Assembly: GCF_001194135.2 (NCBI RefSeq)
Contig: NC_068984.1
Location: 66,216,275 to 66,280,274 of the forward strand
Direction: 5' to 3'
Source of the DNA: Octopus bimaculoides
Taxonomy: Eukaryota
DNA: 64,000 bases
Below, in pieces: positions 40,014 to 51,675 of this stretch. A program made the position numbers and the translations under genes. How positions within the stretch are numbered: the stretch's first letter is position 1; each line of letters opens with the position of its first letter. A model generated the notes under the pieces. The model had not been told where the DNA came from. It did no database searches and saw only the letters and a program-made list of their open reading frames with translations.

Positions 40014-40250
40014 TAAGGCGATGAACTGGCAGAAACGTGAGCATGCTGGGTGAAATGCTTAGCAGTATTTTGTCTGCCACTATGTTGTGAGTTCAAATTC
40101 CGCCGAGGTCGACTTTGCCTTTCATCCTTTCGGGGTCGATTAAATAAGTACCAGTTACGAACTGGGGTCGATATAATCGACTTAATCTGTTTGTCTATCC
40201 TTGTTTGTCCCCTCTGTGTGTAGCCCCTTGTGGGCAACAAAGAAATAAGA
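40014..40250 (+). mobile_element. SINE family B, well preserved
   Basis: taaggcgatgaactggcagaaacg...gagttcaaattccgccgaggtcgactttgcctttcatcctttcggggtcgattaaataagtaccag; CpGs retained. Confidence 0.9.
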
Positions 40251-40321
40251 ATTGTAAGAACATTAAACAAAGTAACTTGTGGTATTTCATGCTGCCCTTT
40301 ACATTTGAAGTTCATATCCAG

Positions 40322-40510
40322 TTTGTCCTCACCACCACTTGATGGTTTGTTTACGTCCCCATAACTTAGTGGTTCAACAAAAAAGAGCAATAGAATAAGT
40401 AGCAGGCTTAATAAAAAAAAACAAATACTAGGATCGATTTGTTTTCAAGGTAGTACCCCATCATGGCCACAGTCCAATGACTGAAACGGGTAAAAGATAA
40501 AGATAAAAAT
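40322..40510 (+). mobile_element. SINE family A, 3' half
   Basis: gtttacgtccccataacttagtggttc...aatagaataagta...aatgactgaaac. Confidence 0.75.
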
Positions 40511-40534
40511 ATGTAAAATAGTCAAAGCAGAAAC

Positions 40535-40735
40535 TATTATCATCATCATCATCATCATTTAATGTCTGTTGTCCATGGGTTGGCTGGTTTGACCAGGGCT
40601 GGGAAGCTAAGGGGCTGCACCAGACTCCAGTCTGATTTGGTATGGCTTTATAGGTGGACGCCCTTCCTAATGTCAACCACTTAAAGAATGTAATAGGTGC
40701 CAGTTGCATGATACCAGTATCTGCCATGGGAATGC
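40535..40735 (-). mobile_element. RTE-type 3' tail fragment
   Basis: catcatcatcatttaatgtctg...ggggctgcaccagactccagtctgatttgg...cccttcctaatgtcaaccac. Confidence 0.75.
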
Positions 40736-40831
40736 TTTTGGTTATGAATCTGTTCAGTTATGGATAACTGGGGTATTTTTAAATATCCAATGTCTGAAGT
40801 TGGGCATTTAAAAAGAAAGGAAAGAACAGCA

Positions 40832-41060
40832 TTAACTCTTTAGCATTCAAATTGCTCTGTCAGATGTAATGCTTATTTATTCACATTGTTTTGATTTAAT
40901 CATGCATTACCTTGTAGCTATGAGATTTTGATAACATAACTGTTAATATATTAGAATGATATTGTAGGGTTGGTGTGAGAAACCACATCTGGCCTGTTTG
41001 AACATGAAACAAGTAGAATATTTTGGTTGGAAATGGCTGGTTTAAATGCTGAAAGGTTAA
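40832..41060. mobile_element. TTAA MITE family E
   Basis: TTAA-ctctttagcatt ... aatgctgaaagg-TTAA. Confidence 0.8.
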
Positions 41061-42149
41061 GCTGTTGAAATAACATCCAGACAGAGCAGTTGAATTGTGA
41101 ATGAAATTTAAATGTTTCATAGGTTATTACTTTTATGTTAAAAGTATTTTTGATGTACACAGATTCCAGATACTAATGACATAACTAACAATCTACTGGA
41201 ATTGCCCATTTATTTTGTATTTTCATTTTACAGCCAATTTTCCCTACTGGCCTGAATTCTGACAGCCAACATGAGGTTTTGAATGCAGTTACTTTACAAG
41301 TAAATTATTTTCAGTGGCATTAGTATTTATTTTTCAGATATATAAGATTGCAGCTAGTAACAGGCTTTCAAAACTTGAGTCTGAACTCCATGAGAAAACA
41401 AAAAATAAAAAGCAAACAAAAACAGACAAAAAACATCAATACTAGTAATCATAAACTGGCTTCAATCTGAATCATTCCTACACCATATGAGGTTATTACA
41501 CTGTTATGATATGTATCTCATAATGATTTATAGTAAAATAAATAAACAAACAAATAAATAAACAAACAAATAAATAAATATATAAAGGATGCAGTTTTAT
41601 CTCTCGTACATGCTTCATTTCCATCAATCAACCATCAACATCATCCATCTTTTGAAGCTTATTCATCCAATTTATTCCTTCAAAACTTTTTATAAACACT
41701 TTTAACAATGGTTTTTCACTGTAGCTACAAGTTGCCAAAGATGAAAATATATTAAATCCTCTTGGAAACTTTCCATAGCTTTCTCCTAATTTTTTCAGTT
41801 TTTTCTTTGTTTTTCTTCTAATGATTTTGTTTTATTGTTAGAAATTAAACAATTATGTGTTATTCACAGTATTTCTAGTCATAGTTTCCTTTGAAGTTGG
41901 ATATTAAAAAACAAAAAAACAATTTTTTTTTTTTTTTACAATTAAATTTTAGAATAAAATTTTATAAACACAGAAGAAGAGAATGGTGCGTGGGGCAATC
42001 AATATCTTAGTAGTGTACAGGCACACAAAGTATTGCCACAAACAATTGTTATTACCATGATTTAAAAGCTATATATTTTGTCCTGGTGGCATTAGTTAAG
42101 ATTTATCTCTTGATCATCTCTTCACTTTAAAATTAGTTACATAATGAGC

Positions 42150-42800
42150 TGACACAGAGCCACGCCAACTCAAAAGGCATCATAATCCAGCACTGTACCA
42201 ATCTGGAGCACTGGGAAACAACTTAGCCAGACACTACTTTATGGCTCATGAGTAGCTCTCAACTGAGTTAGGTGATGTCGATTTTGGCCACACTAGTTTG
42301 TTTCTATTGCATCCATATTAAACAAGTATATGTCTGACAATGATGCATACTTGCACTGCTGGCCATCTTTTGTCCTTATCGCATCAATGGGTGGATCACA
42401 ACCACCGAGGTGTTGCTTTTAAGGATGTGTCAGTGATAGCGGCACCACAGCTAAGGGGCATATACAAAATAAGGTCATTCTATCTGAGTGTTTATTTTTT
42501 CCTGTTGCACTCCAGTCCGGTCAACTCCAAGATTGCCAGTATTCCAGTAGATATCAAGGATTGCTTCATTATCCATTTTTTTATCATGTCAGGTACAATT
42601 CCTGGCATTGAAGTGGTAAGACAGTCATATTACCCCTTCAGTTTAGCCTGTCAACTGTATTTTAACATTTGGTACACAATGAACTACTAAGCCAGTTTGG
42701 AAGGCACTTGGCTAGCATAGTATTAACTGAAGGCACCAGAAAGCAAACCCTTCTCAAAATTTGTGGTTTTGTCAAAGTTACAAGCTATTATTTTCTCCTA
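42150..42800 (-). pseudogene. CRE-like non-LTR retrotransposon relic (restriction-like endonuclease)
   Basis: Frameshifted minus-strand blocks MKQSLISTGILAILELTGL / KHSDRMTLF / ITDT / KYASLSDIYLFNMDAIET match the CRE-type pattern KR.L..AGIP..LEP.GL..DGKRPDGMTL.P..WD.T..DT..KY..L...Y.F...A.ET; GC-richer block continues to about 43340. Confidence 0.6.
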
Positions 42801-43497
42801 GTTCATTATTTCCAGCTTTCTCCATCCTTCACAAGAAATTTGCTAAGTATCTCCTGTTATCTCTGTCATGCAAAGATATTATTTCAAAAGCTAACATATT
42901 CATGGCTCACGTGCATTTGCCAATCATGCCAGATCTTGTTGATCTGGTTTGGTCTCCAGTTACACACTCTACATGTCTCTCAGCAGCTGTCACATTCTAA
43001 TTTAATTATTTCTTTTCAGTGACTGTATAGTTTCAACAACAAAATGAAACAGCAATACCTCCAAAACAGGTTATATAAAACAGGTTATATAAAACAGGCA
43101 GATGAGGAGGATCCTGTAGCAGTGATCCTCTCAGTCAATGTTACTGTAGTCTGCAGGGAGGAGATATGTGCTGGCAATGCAAAATCAGATTAACTCTTAT
43201 TTCCTAAGCTTATGATTTTAGTGATAGAGTTGCTGTCATCAACTGTTGTTGTTGAAACTAACATTGGATATATCTGCTAATGTAAGCATTATCAGTCAAT
43301 AGATTGCTGTGATGTGATAAGCTTCATGGTATACTGCAGGTGGGTGTGTGTGTGGGGGAAGTATATAAATTTGGGTTTTGTGAAACAGTTTTTCAGTATA
43401 ACGTAGGTTGTATATGCATTCAGGCAATTCAGATGCTCTGTAATTCATGTTCCTTAAGCGTATTTTTGTGAGATATTATGAGTATAATACTACTGAC

Positions 43498-43551
43498 CAT
43501 GATGACAAGTTCCTCATCCAGCATAGTGTGGATATCGAGCAACTCATTGAG
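43498..43551 (-). CDS. Candidate 54-nt exon (LNELLDIHTMLDEELVIM), strand uncertain
   Basis: ttag| ... ATG|gtcagt, phase 0-0; weak acceptor; mirror frame on + also open. Confidence 0.25.
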
Positions 43552-45846
43552 CTAACTTTTGATTGTGTCTGTTGTACTCAGATAACGAAGGGTCAAATTA
43601 TCAATCAAATATTCTATTTCATTTTTCTAAAAGCATTTTAATGCTTTGTCTCAAGTTTCCAGATATATTTACATTATTCTCATATGATTTATGCCAGCAA
43701 AGTAAAGCAAACTACATATGCATATATACAAGAAAGTCAATTTTAAAATTCATTTGCAACTATGAAATTAGAAGCCTATGTAAAAAATGCAATATAAACT
43801 GGAATTTCAGTTACGAGATTTTTTGCTGAAGTATGCTTCTCAGAATTGAGAGTTTTCATACTTGATTTAGATAACTTTATAGATATTATTACAGAGATTT
43901 AAGGGAAAAAAATGCAAAATCAAAAAGTTTGCCTATTCTACTCTTGTACTGTCTCTATTGCTTAGAATATATATTTTGCAAATTCTTACAGTTCTGCCTG
44001 CGTTATTATTTAGATAACCATTTGCCTATCAGTGAAACATTTTGCTTAAATATTGCAGTTAAGTACATTTTTCAAAACCAAGAACAATATTGCTTTATAG
44101 AATAAAATTGATGGCATATAGTGGGTGAGCATTTGTTAAAGTCCAAAATATTTTTTTCTTTCTGAAAGACGAAACCCTGCAATTTTACATATATATATAA
44201 AGGGATTCCATACTGTTTATTGTTTGCTACAGCATATGAAAAAATGTTAAAAGATGAAATCATCAACGTAAGGTAAAAAAGTAAATACTGTGGTGAGAAA
44301 AAGAAATAACTTAACATTAAAATCCTCTACTTAGATAATATAAACTATGCCAACACATGTTAAGATAATGACAGAATAGTTTGAGAGAAAATTTCTATAC
44401 TAACAAAGCATATAATTTTGTTTAGGTGCCACCTGAGGTCATTGAACTAGTTACAAATAGCAACAAAATAGCTGCAAGATCACCTTCAAATAATACCCTA
44501 CCATCTACAAAACTTGTGGAGACATAAGATGATGTAGTCCTGGATAGAGTATAGTTGGATAGTCATAGATGGAACGTCTGTGATCATAGATTTATTGATC
44601 AATGATGGACTTGGGCTAAACAACAACCTTAAAAGTTTTTTCATTGTTATTTGTTGTTTGATGCTTTAGACTAGATCGACCTTGTTTGGGGAAAAACTAT
44701 GGTGGGAAGTATTCTTAGTTTGATCCTACCAACTTTTATTCAGACATAGTGTATCAAGAACTACGTTATCCAAGATATAGTGTTGTATCTCACACAAGAT
44801 ATGACTAGAATTTATGCATGTGTGCATGTATGTGTGTGATAGTAATAAAAATTTCATAAATAAAAGGAAAATATTTCTTAACATCAAGTTTAGTAAATGA
44901 AATAGAATACAAGCATCTCCTACATTATGGCTACTTCAGGTTACAGGATATCGTGCTTATGGTAATTGTAAAGTATGACTACCAATTTCAGGCTATGATC
45001 TGTAATTTCTCTCTTACGGAAACTGAGATAAATTTTAAGAATTTAAATCTACACTTTCTTCTTAGCCAAAAGGGTGCTTCTCTACGTTTTATCTTACATC
45101 AAATTAGTTATCAATTTGAAGAACCATAATCATCATACATACATACAGACAGACACATATACATATGCACACACACATATATATGTATGTATATATATAT
45201 ATATATTATATACATGTATATCTGTATGTGTGATTGTGTTAGTGTTTGTGTATCGCTATAAACACTTCTGGAATGTGATGCGGAATATTTCATCGTGAAT
45301 GTGTGTGTGTATTTCCTTAGTTCACAATGAGCACCTTTTTAAGTGTCTATTTATATACATATATATATACATACATATATATGTATATATATATATAATT
45401 ATATAAAGTAACTTTCACCACTACCACCATCACCACCACTGTCATCAACTTTAACACAGCCATTATCAATACTAAACCCAATACAATCAAACACCATTAT
45501 CAACCGACCAATTCCTTAATGATCAACAACAATGGTAACAATAGTGTGAACAAGATAAGCAACTCCTGTCTCTATAATAAATAATAAAAAAAAACCTATC
45601 ACGAGATAATGTGGTACTCTAGTGTATTTTAAATGTTGAATGAAATGTCTTTGACCTTGGGTCAATGAGCATTGTTTTGAGACTAAACAGCAACAACAAT
45701 ACAGTTAACAAGCACAACGTGACCAGTGCCACCACTGACGATACTCCTGCTGTCATATTCACCTCCATCACCAACACCACCACTACTACAAACCCAACAT
45801 ACATACATAATACATACATACATACATATATACATAATGCATACAT

Positions 45847-46239
45847 AGGAGCAGGAGTCGCTGTGTGTTAAGAAGCTTGCTTCTCAACCACATAGTTCAG
45901 AGTTCAGTCCCACTGCGTAGCACTTTGGGCAAATGTCTTCTACTATAGCCTCGGGCTTACCAAAGCCTTGTGATTGGATTTGGTAGATGGAAAATGAAAG
46001 AAGCCTGTTGTATATATATGTGTGTGTTTGTGCGTTTGTCCCCACCACCATCACTTGACAACCAATGTTGGTGTGTTTACGTCCCTGTAATTTAGAGGTT
46101 TGGCATTAGGGACCGATAGAATAAGTACTAGGCTTATAAAGAATAAGTCCTGGGGTCGATTTGTTCAGCTAAAGGCGGTGCTCCAGCATGGCTGCAGTCA
46201 AATGACTGAAACAAGTAAAAGAATAAAGAATAAAAGAAT
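45847..46239 (+). mobile_element. SINE family A, full-length, well preserved
   Basis: aggagcaggagtcgctgtgtg...gagttcagtcccactgcg...ggggtcgatttg...ggcggtgctccagcatggc...aagtaaaagaata. Confidence 0.9.
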
Positions 46240-46317
46240 ACATACATACATTTATATGTATATAAACATACATTACGATTTGCTGTATTTCAGAAAAATC
46301 ATCATGTCATATGAAAT

Positions 46318-46600
46318 CGTAGTCATGGCTGGTGCTGGTGACACATAAAAGGTATCTGTGCTAGTGACATGTAAAGGACACTTGTGCTGCTAATATGCAA
46401 ATAAGGTACTCATGCCATCAGTGACACATAACAGGCATCCACTACACTTTTGGAGTTGTTGGCATTAGGAAGAACATCCAGCCATAGAAACTACACCAAA
46501 TCAGACTGCAACTTGGTGCAGTTCTCCGGCTTATCAGTTACGGTCAAACCATCTGACCCATGCCAGCATGGAAAGCAGATGCTAAATGATGATGATGATG
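46318..46600 (+). mobile_element. RTE-type 3' tail with short (~25-bp) subrepeats
   Basis: gtgctggtgacacataaaagg-like units, then ttggcattaggaag...cccatgccagcatggaaagcagatgctaaatgatgatgat. Confidence 0.7.
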
Positions 46601-47290
46601 ATAATGGTGATATCTATAATAATAAATGTCAAAGCGAATTTCTGTGTGTCAGTGTGTCACACTTTGAACCCCCCCTTCTCTCATTATTCAATGACACTTC
46701 TACTATTCCTCATGTTGAGGTAAGAGTAATAGTATTCATAGAAACGGTGAGGGTGGTAGTAGAGTGACAGTTGTGATGATAATGGGGTGATAGTAATAGT
46801 ATGAGCTGTAGTTGCGATAGAGGTGGAGGCGGTGATGATGATGGTGGTGTTGGTAGCCGAAGCAGTTAGGGATAGTAAACAATGTGAAAGACAGTAGTGA
46901 TGGTGGTGGAGGGGAAGGTGGCAAAGTCAAAAGTATTGATGGTGGTGGCATCAGAAGTCTGAATGGTGTATGAATGGCAGTTGTGGTGGCGATGGTGGTG
47001 GTACTGGTGATGGTGATGGTTGAAAGCAATCAACAGAAAGGGAAAGAGAGAAAGAAAGAGCTTAGATAGAAAAAATAGTGTACTGACCACTGAATGGGAA
47101 GACAAAAAATTGTTGTTTATCATGCAGCTTTGCAATAATTACCAATTATATCATTGTCATATCAATTATATCATTGTTTGAAAAATATTGGTCAAGATTA
47201 ATAAAATTCAGTACGTACTCAATGCATGAAGTGTCATTGTTGGGCTCAAGGCCCAACGAAGAGCCATCCAAAGGGTGACTTTTAAGCTAG

Positions 47291-47323
<33 letters not shown>

Positions 47324-47474
47324 ATCTATAAAGGTTTAGATTTAGATTCAAAAATTGAATATGGTACTTATGTTTAGGCACCAGAATATAGTATGATATG
47401 GTATTATATAAAAACCATTCCAAAAACTAGGTGATCAAAAAGTCAAAAATAAGCAACACGGATTTTAACGATGA

Positions 47475-47564
47475 TTGCAGTACGCACGTTTCATGCTACT
47501 CCATTTATTTAAGTAATGCGAGCATTACATTAAATGCAATATATAGAGCAATCTTCAGCTGTAC
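47475..47564 (-). ncRNA. Type I hammerhead ribozyme motif (decayed)
   Basis: Minus strand: GTACAG-CTGAAGA-(57-nt stem II)-GAAA-CGTGCG-TA-CTGCAA. Confidence 0.6.
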
Positions 47565-47707
47565 GAAAATTACAGTAGAATAGACATATTATAATTGTGG
47601 CAACATTTCAAATCCAAGTGGGAGGAAGAAATACATACAAATCCATCTTGACATAGCCAAGTCTGGGCCAAACCATCCCAGCGTGAAGAAGGGGTGTTAA
47701 ACGATGA

Positions 47708-47751
<44 letters not shown>

Positions 47752-47770
47752 CATAGTTTTTCCTTCCGTA

Positions 47771-47863
47771 GCTGTCATCTCTGATGAGTACAGGGTTACA
47801 TAATCAGAATGTTATCTAACACTCTGTTGAACCCCTAGCGTGAAACCAATTGATAAGATCAGC
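47771..47863 (+). ncRNA. Type I hammerhead ribozyme motif with palindromic loop III
   Basis: GCTG[TC]ATCT-CTGATGA-G..GGGTT...AACCC..T-GAAA-C-CAATTG-A-TA-AGATCAGC; stem I 8 bp with 2-nt bulge. Confidence 0.75.
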
Positions 47864-48290
47864 CATAAGGGCTATATAAAACTGTACACTTCAATTAATA
47901 TGTGTGTGTGTTTGTGTGTGTAATATATAGTATGTAAAAGGGATTACAAGCCAAGCTTTGTCCTCATGTAGAACAACTGTGTTCTGACTATCTCAATTGT
48001 ATGTATGCAGATGTTTTTTTTTTTTATTTTTAAGGAGAAAACCATTAATACAATTTGAAATTCCTCAAATATATCAATTGCAAAGTATATCCATATTAAA
48101 ACAAAAACTGGGCTTTATGGTATTGCTTTTAATTCATACATACATATGCAAATGTATATATATATATACATACAAAATATGGGAGTTTAGTTCACTGGGT
48201 AAGTGCTGTAACAGATTACCAGGGCTCCAAGTTCATACTCGAGATGGGAGTTATGGAACCATTGTAAATTTCTGATATAGCAGATATATA

Positions 48291-48454
48291 TTTGTTAAAG
48301 AAGACAACAATCACTAAGGTAAGGCAAACACCTCAAGACATATACATTATTATAATTAAAAAATTTAGTCATACAGTTTTTTCTGTAAACTTTTTAATAA
48401 TAATAACGTATATGACTTGAGATTTGCCTTGCCTTAGTGTTTGTTGTCCTGTTT

Positions 48455-48460
<6 letters not shown>
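48291..48460. repeat. ~170-bp inverted-repeat element flanked by (TA)n
   Basis: tttgttaaagaagacaacaatcactaaggtaaggcaaa..ctcaagacatatac pairs with gtatatgacttgagatttgccttgccttagtgtttgttgtcctgtttaacaaa. Confidence 0.8.
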
Positions 48461-48495
<35 letters not shown>

Positions 48496-48502
48496 TATAG
48501 TT

Positions 48503-48595
48503 TTAGGGAAAATAACCAATTTTCAAGAACTCATCGATGAAAATCCACTATCACATATAGAAAAATTAATAATTAAAAGCACAATAAATGAGTAT
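48503..48595 (+). pseudogene. Possible Penelope-like ORF sliver
   Basis: LGKITNFQELIDENPLSHIEKLIIK loosely resembles the pre-RT ..F..L..DP...I.. motif; very short. Confidence 0.25.
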
Positions 48596-48650
48596 AAATG
48601 ATATATATATATATATATATCAAAATAAGCAACAAGGATATCCAGAGGTA

Positions 48651-48738
48651 ATGCAATATGATCGTTTCAAGCAACTCCATTTAATTGAATGATACAATCA
48701 TTACACCAATTTAAATGCAGAGCAATCCTCAGCTGCAT
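48651..48738 (-). ncRNA. Type I hammerhead motif, left arm
   Basis: ATGCAG-CTGAGGA-(long stem II)-GAAA-CGATCA-TA-TTGCAT; core intact; base of stem II non-canonical. Confidence 0.65.
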
Positions 48739-48760
48739 AAAGACATAGAATTCTGTCTTT

Positions 48761-48848
48761 ATGCAGCTGACAATCACTCTGTATTTAAATTGATGTAATG
48801 ATTGCATCGTTCAATTAAATGGAGTTGCTTGAAATGGTCATACTGCAT
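48761..48848 (+). ncRNA. Type I hammerhead motif, right arm (core mutated)
   Basis: ATGCAG-CTGACAA-(long stem II)-GAAA-TGGTCA-TA-CTGCAT; perfect 6-bp stem I. Confidence 0.55.
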
Positions 48849-48969
48849 TACCTCTGGATATCCTTGCTGCTTATTTTGATTTTAATCACCTTATTTTGAA
48901 ATTGTATGGATAGTACCGTACTAAATTCTGGTGCCTCAACTTAAGTATCTAATTCATCTGAATCTCTCT

Positions 48970-49338
48970 NNNNNNNNNNNNNNNNNNNNNNNNNNNNNNN
49001 NNNNNNNNNNNNNNNNNNNNNNNNNNNNNNNNNNNNNNNNNNNNNNNNNNNNNNNNNNNNNNNNNNNNNNNNNNNNNNNNNNNNNNNNNNNNNNNNNNNN
49101 NNNNNNNNNNNNNNNNNNNNNNNNNNNNNNNNNNNNNNNNNNNNNNNNNNNNNNNNNNNNNNNNNNNNNNNNNNNNNNNNNNNNNNNNNNNNNNNNNNNN
49201 NNNNNNNNNNNNNNNNNNNNNNNNNNNNNNNNNNNNNNNNNNNNNNNNNNNNNNNNNNNNNNNNNNNNNNNNNNNNNNNNNNNNNNNNNNNNNNNNNNNN
49301 NNNNNNNNNNNNNNNNNNNNNNNNNNNNNNNNNNNNNN
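48970..49338. other. Assembly gap
   Basis: N-run. Confidence 1.
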
Positions 49339-50590
49339 ATATATATATATATATACGTATGAAGTTTCAAAAATAAAATAATACATTACTACTCTATATA
49401 ATGTATCAAGTTCCCCTTTTGTAAATGCAAATGCACTTTCCCTAAGCATGAAAATTAGTAGATATCTCTGTGATAGTAATTCATAATTCTTTGAAATTTC
49501 CTCTTCTTTTCTTTGAGAATAAGTAATAATTATTCTTGGCAATAATTATTAGTTCAGTGAGAATTTTCAACATAGTTATTCAGTACATCAACACATCATA
49601 TACATCACACCTTTATATACATATATATATATATGAGTGTGTGTGTTTGTGTGTGTATATATATATGTGTGTGTGTTTGAGTGTGTATATGCGTGTGTGT
49701 CTGAATGTGTATATGTGTGTGTATACGTAGTGAAAGAAGAAGAGGTGGGAGGAGAGAACAAGACTGAACTCATATAAAATAAAATTATAAAATATTATTT
49801 TATTGAGGTTAATCTTAAACATGTAGTATGAGCGTCTACAATACTGATTACCATCAGGATATTTTAAAGATATTACTGTATTAAATCTTGCATAAAACAA
49901 CTTCCTAGTACATGATTTATTCAAATATTGGATGATGTGTAAGATAAGATAATTGAGAACTCTATTTAAAAGTGGTCTAGCAAGAGATGTATTTTTATAT
50001 CTGATGTCTTTGTCCATTAAAAGAGAAACATTAGAAAACAGATTTATAATAGTTTCAAGCACAAGCACAAGTTAAACAAAATCTTTAAAGGGAAGGGTGT
50101 GTAGTCAATTAATCGATTATATTGATTAAATCATTTGACTGGTGTCCATTTTTATGGACACAGGAGATATGAAAAGCAAGGCTGATCTCAGTGAGATTTG
50201 AACTTGAAACATAGAAAGATGCAACAAAATGACTGAAGTTCTTTTGTCTGATGGCTATCATTTCTCTCCTTATTTTTAAAATTAAAAAAAAAGCATTTAA
50301 AAGATAATTATCCTATGTGCTAAGTCTAATGAATAAAGTTAATTTAAAATAGACGTACATGATCAAAATACCAGTCTTCTTGATACTAGGAGAAGCAGTT
50401 TAGATACTGTGGTATTTATGCTTTATTCAAAGACATTTAGTGAACTAAGTGAAATATAGCTATTCCATGAATGGAATCTAGATAGGACACTCAGTTTTGT
50501 AAGAATTTATCAACCGTGCTGTTACTGATCATATGATGATGATGATCATCATAATAATAATAATAATAATAATAACAATAATAATAATAA

Positions 50591-51146
50591 CTGCTTTGAT
50601 GCAGTTCTAAGCAGTGGCTCGTATGGCTTCTGATCTTAACTGATTGGAAGTGTTATCGTGTACATTGTTTTGTCTCGGTATAAAAGATGGGCTACAGCAA
50701 ATATTCTGCTTAATACCATAGATTTGCTTGTCAATTGCTTGACCTTCACCAGTTGAGCATATCCCTTAGTGGCTGATGATATGTGCATCACTAAGCATGA
50801 GCAGAAGTAGGTGGGGAGCATCACATCCATGTGTTTAGAGGAATTCTTTGGGGTTTTAATAAATCACTTCTGGCGGCATGGGTGTTTTGTTCATCATCCT
50901 TAAACAAACCTTATTCAGAGATCTTTTGAGTAGGATGGGCTACTCAATCTAAAGAAACTTCTAACTGGGGCCCACCTACAAGATCATGCACTGTTTATCT
51001 TGATATGAGATCACTATGTCGTGCACATATGGTTGTGATGCATGTACCTTATGTACCCTTATCAAACTGAAGCCCACGATAGGTATACTGAGCTTTGTAT
51101 ATTTTTACCCAGTGTCACTTTGATTGCATGCATTGCTCTCTCACTC
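50591..51146 (+). mobile_element. Family D element between (TAA)n tracts
   Basis: (AAT)n-ctgctttgatgcagt...ctctctcactc-(AAT)n; reverse complement of 18715-19272. Confidence 0.8.
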
Positions 51147-51184
51147 AATAATAATAATAATAATAATAATAATGATAAAGGTCA

Positions 51185-51675
51185 CTCAAAATGTGAAAAC
51201 AAACACACTCTGGGATATGCCAATACACACCAGATAGAGAAATTAAGACTAACAACTAGATATAGTTATCAGAGATCACCAAAAAAAAAGATGCCTTCTA
51301 ATCGATGTATCAATACCAACAGATGACAATGTTTCTCTAAAAGAAATGGAGCAACTTTCAAAATACAATGATCTGAAAATAGAGGTAACTCGAATGTGGA
51401 GCCTAAAAACAGAAAAAATATCTATAATAGTAGGTGCATTATGCATGATAAAAAACATTCAGACAAATACATGACAAAACACCAGGACTTACAAGTATAT
51501 ATAACATACAGAAAAATAACACTACTAGGTACCACACACATCCTATGTAAAGCACTTTCAATACAGTGAAAATGAGTGTACAACAAACCACAGCACATAC
51601 CCAAGACACACAGAGCTTGGTAATGCAGTGAAAGCACATGATAAAAATAAGATTACTGAATAGTAATAATAATAA
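51185..51675 (+). pseudogene. 5'-truncated R4/Dong-like non-LTR retrotransposon (REL endonuclease plus 3' UTR)
   Basis: 51208-51569: LWDMPIHT/DREIK/DIVIRDHQKKRCLLIDVSIPTDDNVSLKEMEQLSKYNDLKIEVTRMWSLKTEKISIIVGAL/TPGLTSIYNIQK/ITLLGTTHILCKALSIQ*; flanked by (TAA)n. Confidence 0.85.

Larger units (their letters stand above)
48619..48880. mobile_element. 262-bp near-perfect palindrome carrying two outward-facing hammerhead modules
   Basis: atcaaaataagcaacaaggatatccagaggtaatgca ... tgcattacctctggatatccttgctgcttattttgat; centre aagaca(ta)gaattctgtctt. Confidence 0.9.

Noticed and set aside
43062-43100. 14-bp unit TAAAACAGGTTATA x2.5; similar short tandems at 9950-9978 and 11820-11920
   Set aside because: Ordinary slippage duplications
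49613-50068. 151-aa minus-strand ORF
   Set aside because: Partly microsatellite, AT-rich, no recognisable domain or convincing splice sites
50591-50700. HDV-like or hammerhead ribozyme at the family D end (CTGATGC; GGC-TCTCATG-GCT)
   Set aside because: No GAAA partner for a hammerhead; no P1.1 GG or P4 for an HDV fold
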